Of a stretch of DNA of 4,216 bases, positions 1 through 4,216 are shown piece after piece. The notes beneath the pieces are model-generated. The model did not search any database, was not told the DNA's origin, and saw nothing but the letters and a program-made list of their open reading frames with translations. This stretch comes from a virus. Lineage: Duplodnaviria; Heunggongvirae; Uroviricota; Caudoviricetes. The stretch lies in the IMG/VR virus record IMGVR_UViG_2703718821_000005; one strand, written 5' to 3'. Numbering within the stretch: position 1 is the first letter of the stretch; each line of letters begins with the position of its first letter. The translations under genes were made by a program, and so were the position numbers.

Positions 1-83
1 AAACCAGAATGCCAGGAAAAAACAAAGCCTGCCGAAACGGGGTAAGTGCGGGTGCGTTGAGGATGCCTGACACATCTGAGGTG

Positions 84-105
84 GCGAGGGATTTCTCCCT
101 CGCCT
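84..105. other. Perfect 9-bp stem / 4-nt loop hairpin (GGCGAGGGA-tttc-TCCCTCGCC) just 3' of the hok stop; possible hok mRNA 3' structural element
   Basis: Seen in sequence: arms at 84-92 and 97-105 are exact reverse complements. No U-run follows on either strand, so not a canonical intrinsic terminator. Confidence 0.3.
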
Positions 106-113
106 GGTCACTC

Positions 114-269
114 TTACTTCTCAGATTCGTAGTCTACGAAGACAGCAACCTCCGTCTGGCCGGTTCGGATTCGTACCTCGCAGAGGTCTTTCCTCGTTAC
201 CAGTGCCGTCACTATGACGGTTAAACAGATGACGATCAGGGCGATTAGCATCGCCTTTTGCTGCTTCAT
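114..269 (-). CDS. hok: Hok/Gef-family type I toxin (small membrane-depolarising peptide), 51 aa
   Basis: Internal Met of the 114..326 ORF gives MKQQKAMLIALIVICLTVIVTALVTRKDLCEVRIRTGQTEVAVFVDYESEK: hydrophobic N-terminal helix, conserved RKDLCEV and TGQTEVA motifs of the Hok/Gef family. ATG at 269-267 is preceded by AAGGAG about 9 nt upstream. Closest by memory to E. coli HokC/HokD; exact paralog not certain. Confidence 0.85.
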   Translation of the reverse strand: MKQQKAMLIALIVICLTVIVTALVTRKDLCEVRIRTGQTEVAVFVDYESEK

Positions 270-326
270 AGCCTGCTGCTCCTTGCCTTTCGGCGCATAA
301 GAGGCTAATCTAAGTGTGCAAGTCAT
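114..326 (-). CDS. mok: mok-like overlapping reading frame (in-frame 19-codon N-terminal extension of hok; translational coupling ORF)
   Basis: ORF track 70-aa ORF begins MTCTLRLASYAPKGKEQQA and continues in frame into Hok, as in chromosomal mokC/hokC-type loci. ATG at 326-324 is preceded by GAGG about 8 nt upstream. Confidence 0.55.
   Translation of the reverse strand: MTCTLRLASYAPKGKEQQAMKQQKAMLIALIVICLTVIVTALVTRKDLCEVRIRTGQTEVAVFVDYESEK
283..311 (+). promoter_or_regulatory. Putative sigma70 promoter for Sok-like antisense RNA (TTGCCT -17 bp- TAATCT)
   Basis: -35 TTGCCT at 283-288, 17-bp spacer, -10 TAATCT at 306-311, inside the mok/hok coding region on the opposite strand. Predicted start near 318. 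Confidence 0.35.
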
Positions 327-389
327 AGATATGGCCTCAGATTAATGTTAAGCGTCTTGCCAGACGCGTAATGTTAACTGGGGCTTTTC
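318..389 (+). ncRNA. sok: Sok-like antisense RNA (type I antitoxin), about 70 nt, antisense to the mok translation-initiation region
   Basis: Predicted start about 318 from the promoter above. Covers the complement of the mok start codon (324-326) and its SD. Ends in a compound stem-loop: outer stem 334-340 / 378-384 (one G-U pair) enclosing a 6-bp hairpin GCGTCT-tgcc-AGACGC (352-367), followed by TTTT at 385-388. Geometry matches plasmid R1 hok/sok. Boundaries approximate. Confidence 0.4.
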
Positions 390-445
390 TCTATCTGCCT
401 TTTGGTGTTCATGCCTGAGACCGATAGCCTCAAGCACCCGCAGCA

Positions 446-473
446 ATTTTACTTAACTCCCCTTTTCCCACAA
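446..473 (-). promoter_or_regulatory. Putative hok/mok mRNA promoter (minus strand: TTGTGG -16 bp- TAAAAT)
   Basis: On the minus strand, -35 TTGTGG (plus 468-473) and -10 TAAAAT (plus 446-451). Predicted start near 439 gives about 110 nt of leader before mok and a roughly 350-400-nt transcript, as expected for hok mRNAs. Motif-based only. Confidence 0.25.
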
Positions 474-506
474 ATCGTTTTTATCCCTATTGGTAATGTT
501 CTCCCG

Positions 507-523
507 ATGTGGGATTCCCACAT
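507..523. promoter_or_regulatory. Perfect inverted repeat ATGTGGGA-t-TCCCACAT; candidate operator between divergent hok and kinase promoters
   Basis: Seen in sequence: 8-bp arms at 507-514 and 516-523 are exact reverse complements with a 1-bp spacer. The half-site TTCCCACA recurs at 465-472 (overlapping the putative hok -35) and GCCCACA at 575-581 (just upstream of the putative kinase -35). Confidence 0.3.
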
Positions 524-590
524 TGGAACGAATTCAATCAGTTAAAGACTCATCAGAATCTCACCTTTCTAAGTGCCCACAGGTGAGGCA

Positions 591-619
591 TTGCAATAAA
601 AATAGCAAACGTGTATAAA
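591..619 (+). promoter_or_regulatory. Putative sigma70 promoter for the uORF-kinase-phosphatase operon (TTGCAA -17 bp- TATAAA)
   Basis: -35 TTGCAA at 591-596, 17-bp spacer, -10 TATAAA at 614-619 with TG at 612-613. Caveat: the -10 abuts the uORF SD (619-625), so this promoter and SD-dependent uORF translation cannot both be right. Confidence 0.25.
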
Positions 620-631
620 AGGAGGTAATGC

Positions 632-670
632 ATGTTTTTCCAGTCTTATCAATCCATTACTGAGAGTTAA
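632..670 (+). CDS. 12-codon upstream ORF (MFFQSYQSITES) with strong SD; possible leader peptide coupled to kinase translation
   Basis: AAGGAGG at 619-625, 6-nt spacer, ATG at 632. Stop TAA at 668-670 sits inside the kinase SD (AAGGGGG at 669-675). Below the ORF-track size cutoff; found by reading the sequence. Confidence 0.25.
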   Translation: MFFQSYQSITES

Positions 671-679
671 GGGGGCGCC

Positions 680-1474
680 GTGGATCGGTGCGGTAATTAT
701 TTACTTAAAGATGGTCGCAGTTTAGGACAAGGGAGTTTTGGCGAAGTATTTAAGGTTGATGTCTATAACTTAACCCAGACCCACATGACCACATATGCTC
801 GCAAATACTTTTCACCTTGCCCGGACTTTGACAAGACCGCTATAAAAGAGTTGACTGATTTAAGACAGCGTTTTTTAGTTGAGATCAAAACACAATGCAC
901 TCTCAATAGAATAAACTATGATTCAATAGCGCCAATAGTTTTATTTAATACAAATGGTGATAAACCTTATTTTGTTATGGAATTGGCAGAGTGTAACTTA
1001 TATGAAGCCATCCGCAATGGTATGAACTACGCGGAGAGGAAGTCTGCTGTTACTCAGATTTTAAAAGGAATTATCACCATACATGAAAACAACTATATAC
1101 ATCGTGATTTAAAACCAGGAAACATACTTTATTATGCCGATGGAAAGTATAAAATATCTGATTTTGGTCTAGTAAAAGACAGAGATACCTTACGGGCCGA
1201 AATCAAAACAAAATTTAAGCCTAATCACATGGGCACAGATGGATATCGAGCGCCCGAAATACATGATAGCGGTCTTTTTTCTTTTCAAAGTGACATATTT
1301 GCAGCAGGTAAAATTATCACTGATATATATCCCACAGAAAGAAGTGAAAAATTAAAAAGATTGATTGCAAAATGTTGCGCACATTGGCCTGAAGAACGAT
1401 ATCAAAGCACACGGGAGTTACTGGAAGATTTTTTAAAAGTGACGGGGGAGGTAAATCATGAAGAACATAATTGA
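680..1474 (+). CDS. Hanks-type (eukaryotic-like) Ser/Thr protein kinase, kinase domain only, 264 aa, GTG start
   Basis: Glycine loop LGQGSFGEV; candidate beta3 Lys in YARKYF; catalytic loop HRDLKPGN; DFG in ISDFGL; activation segment GTDGYRAPE. GTG at 680 with AAGGGGG 4 nt upstream. AT-rich codon usage. No recognisable sensor or transmembrane domain. Confidence 0.85.
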   Translation: MDRCGNYLLKDGRSLGQGSFGEVFKVDVYNLTQTHMTTYARKYFSPCPDFDKTAIKELTDLRQRFLVEIKTQCTLNRINYDSIAPIVLFNTNGDKPYFVMELAECNLYEAIRNGMNYAERKSAVTQILKGIITIHENNYIHRDLKPGNILYYADGKYKISDFGLVKDRDTLRAEIKTKFKPNHMGTDGYRAPEIHDSGLFSFQSDIFAAGKIITDIYPTERSEKLKRLIAKCCAHWPEERYQSTRELLEDFLKVTGEVNHEEHN

Positions 1475-2174
1475 AATGGCATGTTTTAGCCTAAAACAAC
1501 CCCAAAAAAAAGAAAATGAAGACTTTTATTTACCGCCATCTTTTGATAGCGATTTTAACATTGTCTTTGCAGTAGCTGATGGGGTTGGTTCCTCTGAACA
1601 TTCAATGCTTGCATCTCATGCAGCCATTCGTGGCATTAGACACACGCTAGGCACTTCCTTTTTCTCAATTGAAAGTGCATTTCATTCAGCTAAAAAAGAA
1701 ATTGACAATTTAGATATTAGCACTGCCACAACCTTAACAATTGTTCAGATCAAAAAAAATGAAGTGTTAATTGGTCATTCCGGTGATTGCCGAGTATACT
1801 TCAATAAAAACAATAAACTAAATCAGTTAACCACTGATCAAACGAGATATCAAGAACTCCTTGATTCTGGTGAACATAAATTACGTAATTTAAGAAATCA
1901 TAAAGAACGGCTATCTTCAGTCCTAACGAATGCTTTATCAAATACAACGGATTTGAATTTTGAGTTAATGTCTTTTCCGATTAGCCAGCTAATTTATAAT
2001 GGCTATCTTCAACTCTATGCAATGACTGATGGTGCCTATAAGCATTGGGATGTCAGACCAAGGTTTTCTGAGAAGACAATGCTCTCACCAACAGCTTTTG
2101 CGAGTAGTTTAAGAAAAAGGATTGAGAAAAACATAATGGATGATTACACCTTTATAGGCGTAAAAGTAACCTAA
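1458..2174 (+). CDS. PP2C/PPM-family Ser/Thr protein phosphatase, 238 aa
   Basis: PPM-like motifs: KKENEDFY (RxxNED-like), VADGVGSS (DGxGG-like), GHSGDCRVY (GDSR-like), MTDGAY, C-terminal DDYTFIGV (DN-I/V-T-like). ATG at 1458 with GGGGGAGG 6 nt upstream; overlaps the kinase 3' end by 17 nt. Confidence 0.8.
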   Translation: MKNIIEMACFSLKQPQKKENEDFYLPPSFDSDFNIVFAVADGVGSSEHSMLASHAAIRGIRHTLGTSFFSIESAFHSAKKEIDNLDISTATTLTIVQIKKNEVLIGHSGDCRVYFNKNNKLNQLTTDQTRYQELLDSGEHKLRNLRNHKERLSSVLTNALSNTTDLNFELMSFPISQLIYNGYLQLYAMTDGAYKHWDVRPRFSEKTMLSPTAFASSLRKRIEKNIMDDYTFIGVKVT

Positions 2175-2217
2175 TTTTAGATATCCAAGATATTTACTCT
2201 AATTTAACCATAGCATT

Positions 2218-2244
2218 CCCAACCTCTTTTTATTGGGGGTTGGG
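2218..2244. other. Inverted repeat CCCAACC-(13 nt)-GGTTGGG in the convergent junction after the phosphatase gene; weak candidate bidirectional terminator
   Basis: Arms at 2218-2224 and 2238-2244 are exact reverse complements. Loop is long and T-rich (TCTTTTTATTGGG); no clean downstream U-run. Confidence 0.15.
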
Positions 2245-2327
2245 TTCATTAAAGTCACCATTTTCTATTTCTTTCCCGTTAGAGGATATATTATTTCCAG
2301 ATAAAGAAAGCAACTTCTTATGCAATT

Positions 2328-2432
2328 TCATATCACGCCATGCTTCCACCGCGGTAACTCTACATAGTCCATTAACAGTTCATGCCATTCTTCAAAACTG
2401 ACGTTGTATTTAGTTGAACCAAAATCAGCCAT
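2328..2432 (-). CDS. Small ORF, 34 aa (MADFGSTKYNVSFEEWHELLMDYVELPRWKHGVI), hypothetical
   Basis: ATG at 2432-2430 lies 2 nt past the stop of the 60-aa ORF in a different frame; stop TGA at 2330-2328. No convincing SD. Found by manual translation; may be spurious. Confidence 0.15.
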   Translation of the reverse strand: MADFGSTKYNVSFEEWHELLMDYVELPRWKHGVI

Positions 2433-2607
2433 TTTGTTCTTCCTCTTCGTCTTTTATTTCGTGATATGAGTAATTGCAGTAGTTAAAGAAAATTTCTTTT
2501 GCTTCGTTATGAATTTCATCAGGCGTCGCATCATCATTCACTTCGAATTCATCCTCGAAATCTCCACCGGCGATTCCCGTTTCAATAATTATTTTGAACT
2601 TTCGCAT
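2425..2607 (-). CDS. Small, highly acidic hypothetical protein, 60 aa
   Basis: ORF track: MRKFKIIIETGIAGGDFEDEFEVNDDATPDEIHNEAKEIFFNYCNYSYHEIKDEEEEQNG, rich in Asp/Glu with a poly-Glu C-terminus. AT-rich like the kinase operon. Possible split SD (AGGAG at 2636-2632 separated from the ATG by a hairpin). Confidence 0.4.
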   Translation of the reverse strand: MRKFKIIIETGIAGGDFEDEFEVNDDATPDEIHNEAKEIFFNYCNYSYHEIKDEEEEQNG

Positions 2608-2613
2608 TTCACT

Positions 2614-2631
2614 ACCGCCCTGCCGGGCGGT
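2614..2631 (-). other. GC-rich perfect hairpin (ACCGCCC-GGCA-GGGCGGT on the minus strand) between the SD-like AGGAG and the ATG of the 60-aa ORF, at the right edge of the AT-rich insert
   Basis: 7-bp exact stem (6 G-C pairs), 4-nt loop. Not followed by a U-run on either strand, so not a canonical terminator. Confidence 0.3.
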
Positions 2632-2754
2632 CTCCTGATGTTCTGAGGGTGCAGGAATCCCTCCGGTTAAGGATTAAATTTTATTTACAGTGCTGATTTT
2701 AATTATTCAGTTCTGGATTATGCTTTCTCTTTCACCTGCCGTAGTTCCTGGTAA

Positions 2755-3060
2755 TTAATTTCGCTCACTGGTTGCCTCCTGGAAAATAACTGCATGCCCC
2801 AGTTTCTCCGCCAGTGCCAGCTCTGCCTTAGCGCCTGCCGACCGCTGCCAGCCTTCCAGCATATAAACCGCATCCACACAACGAATCATTGCCATGCAAA
2901 TATCCATGTAATGTGGCTGAGTCAGCCCGTCCGGAAGTACTGCGGGATTTAATACGGTATGCCCTTCCTGTTTCAGTGCTTCTTCCGCCTTGTGAAACGC
3001 CTCACGGTTGAAATTTTCATATCCCGTCATCGGACCGGCGATATAAATTCTCACCCTCAC
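2755..3060 (-). CDS. DUF4406-like (nucleoside 2-deoxyribosyltransferase-like fold) phage-associated protein, 101 aa
   Basis: N-terminal RIYIAGPMTG motif resembles the IY(L/I)AGP signature of this fold; size typical of DUF4406 proteins as I recall. GTG start at 3060-3058 preceded by AGGAGG 8 nt upstream, and overlapping the upstream stop as GTGA. Confidence 0.7.
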   Translation of the reverse strand: MRVRIYIAGPMTGYENFNREAFHKAEEALKQEGHTVLNPAVLPDGLTQPHYMDICMAMIRCVDAVYMLEGWQRSAGAKAELALAEKLGHAVIFQEATSERN

Positions 3061-3338
3061 GCCTGAACCCTCCTGTCGAAATAAACGTAGTTATTCACTG
3101 CGCCCAACTTCATCCCAAACTTTTCGGCAATTTCCCGTCGGGGTACGCCACGCTGATGCAGTTGCCGCGCCAGCTCAATATCACGCTGTGAACATTTGGC
3201 TGACTGGTGATAATCACCCCGTAACATCATGCAGATACCCAGTTCCCGCGCTTTCGTCCTGACGGCAGCCCCACTACGGCCAATCAGACTGCCGATGCTT
3301 TCGACTGTCATCGTTCCCGCACACTGCCGGAGTATCAT
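3057..3338 (-). CDS. Small putative DNA-binding protein with two HTH-like segments, 93 aa from ATG at 3338 (ORF track extends to 3461, 134 aa)
   Basis: HTH-like segments MTVESIGSLIGRSGAAVRTKARELGI and RDIELARQLHQRGVPRREIAEKFGMKLGAVNNYV. Start is ambiguous: the track start at 3461 overlaps the upstream gene by 91 nt out of frame; internal ATGs at 3338 and 3311 avoid this. Stop TGA at 3059-3057. Confidence 0.55.
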   Translation of the reverse strand: MILRQCAGTMTVESIGSLIGRSGAAVRTKARELGICMMLRGDYHQSAKCSQRDIELARQLHQRGVPRREIAEKFGMKLGAVNNYVYFDRRVQA

Positions 3339-3370
3339 AATTTCCGCCCAGCGCCACTTCTTCCAGCCAC

Positions 3371-4087
3371 TCACCGCAGCAGCTCTCTGGTGGCGGTAAT
3401 ATCCCGGAGAATATCCCTGTGTTTGTTCAGTTCCCGCAGCGCGGCGCAGACACGCTCCCACTTCTGAACCTGACCTTTTGCCCGGCGCAGCTCGCGGTTA
3501 GCCACATGCAGCGATGGTAGAATCAGGTCATCTGCTTTCGTTTCGGTGACCGATGGCTGTAACTTCACAATGTCTTCCACGATTTCTGTTTTCATTTCTT
3601 CCTGTGTCGTCGTTTCCCGGACTGGTAACGCAACACCTGCTGGCTGAGGAAAGGCTTTACCATCTGTTTCCGCTACGGATGCAGCTTCCGGCTCTGCCGG
3701 TAAATCAGCGCCCGGTATGCAGTAACGAAATTTACCGCCCTGATTCACGCGAATCAGACGCCCTTTGCTGATTGCCATGGCCAGCGATGAATTCGCCCGG
3801 CGGGAGGTAATCCCGAACATCAGTGCCAGCTCATCTGCCGTTTGTGGGCCATGTTGTTCAATCGCCTTAATCAGCATTTGCGCTGTCACTTTCGGTACCG
3901 GTGACACCGGTTCACTTTCACCAGCCTGAATCAGCCACCACATCGAACCCTTGTTATCCGCTTCACCGCGGCGCTTCAGTTTCCACAGTTCGTTGACCGC
4001 ATCTTCACGGCTGATTCCAAGGCGGGCCGCCACTACCTGTGAAGAGGCTCTTTTCAGTGCTTTCAGTGCGTCAAATACAGTTTCCAT
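3371..4087 (-). CDS. Phage-like hypothetical protein with two tandem winged-helix-like N-terminal repeats and a charged, likely coiled-coil C-terminus, 238 aa
   Basis: ORF track frame 3371..4105, re-started here at ATG 4087-4085 (METVFDALK...) because GGAGG lies about 9 nt upstream, whereas the track's TTG at 4105 overlaps that SD. Repeats [41 protein letters not shown] and [43 protein letters not shown] align by eye. Confidence 0.7.
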   Translation of the reverse strand: METVFDALKALKRASSQVVAARLGISREDAVNELWKLKRRGEADNKGSMWWLIQAGESEPVSPVPKVTAQMLIKAIEQHGPQTADELALMFGITSRRANSSLAMAISKGRLIRVNQGGKFRYCIPGADLPAEPEAASVAETDGKAFPQPAGVALPVRETTTQEEMKTEIVEDIVKLQPSVTETKADDLILPSLHVANRELRRAKGQVQKWERVCAALRELNKHRDILRDITATRELLR

Positions 4088-4120
4088 TAAAATTTCCTCC
4101 GACAAAATCGTTTCTCAGAT

Positions 4121-4216
4121 TCAAATAAAACCAGCTGCCTTCCGGCGTTCGTATTCCTGTTTCAGCCGTTCAATTGGCGTTGGCCCTTGCGGGTGTTTCG
4201 CCCCTTCCAGTTGTCG
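4121..4216 (-). CDS. 3' end of an upstream minus-strand gene running off the window (C-terminus ...RQLEGAKHPQGPTPIERLKQEYERRKAAGFI)
   Basis: Only minus-strand frame open from the window edge; ends at TGA (4123-4121) 33 nt before the SD and ATG of the next gene, consistent with an operon. No start within the window; product unknown. Confidence 0.3.
   Translation of the reverse strand, partial: RQLEGAKHPQGPTPIERLKQEYERRKAAGFI

Noticed and set aside
9-224. 71-aa plus-strand ORF from the ORF track
   Set aside because: Lies antisense to hok/mok and its 3' region, has no convincing SD and no recognisable motifs; most likely a chance ORF in GC-normal DNA.
561-586. Inverted repeat TCACCT ... AGGTGA with a 14-nt loop upstream of the kinase promoter
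   Set aside because: Short 6-bp arms with a long loop; weak and not distinguishable from chance.
680-2174. Canonical TerY-P triad defence system
   Set aside because: That system also requires a TerY/vWA-domain gene; none is present and the 350-bp region upstream of the kinase has no room for one. The pair is kept as a possibly distinct two-gene system.
2218-2244. Intrinsic terminator for the kinase-phosphatase operon
   Set aside because: Only a 7-bp stem with a 13-nt loop and no following U-tract; kept as a low-confidence structure, not called as a terminator.
87-2663. 8-mer GAGGGATT (87-94) and its reverse complement AATCCCTC (2656-2663) as possible terminal inverted repeats of an inserted element
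   Set aside because: A single 8-bp match is expected by chance many times in a 4.2-kb window; positions do not coincide with the compositional boundaries and no target-site duplication was seen.
3553-3771. 72-aa plus-strand ORF from the ORF track
   Set aside because: Entirely antisense within the well-supported 238-aa minus-strand gene; Pro/Leu/Ser-rich composition typical of a shadow ORF; no SD.
4103-4105. TTG start codon proposed by the ORF track for the 3371..4105 gene
   Set aside because: The GGAGG Shine-Dalgarno falls inside codons 3-4 of that reading; ATG at 4087 with the SD about 9 nt upstream is the better start.
1-4216. CRISPR arrays, tRNA/rRNA genes, IS elements or integrase/att sites
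   Set aside because: No regularly spaced direct repeats, no cloverleaf-like conserved tRNA elements, no transposase or integrase-like ORFs and no long terminal inverted repeats were seen in the window.

Overview
4.2-kb window that looks like an enterobacterial prophage or genomic-island segment with three parts. Left (1-473): a complete hok/mok/sok-type type I toxin-antitoxin locus on the minus strand; the 51-aa Hok resembles the chromosomal Gef/RelF (HokC/HokD) branch. Centre (about 590-2700): a strongly AT-rich insert (hand counts of sample 60-nt lines give roughly 27-37% G+C versus about 57% in the right flank). It carries a two-gene plus-strand operon: a Hanks-type Ser/Thr protein kinase (264 aa, GTG start) overlapping by 17 nt a PP2C/PPM-family phosphatase (238 aa), preceded by a 12-codon upstream ORF. 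Small minus-strand ORFs follow, including a very acidic 60-aa protein. Right (2755-4216): a minus-strand operon of phage-like genes: the 3' end of an upstream gene, a 238-aa protein with two tandem winged-helix-like repeats, a small HTH protein, and a DUF4406-like protein. No rRNA, tRNA, CRISPR array or IS element was recognised. The kinase-phosphatase pair sitting beside hok/sok is the strongest candidate for a previously undescribed system, possibly an abortive-infection or defence module. All calls come from reading the sequence and ORF track; no database search was run.
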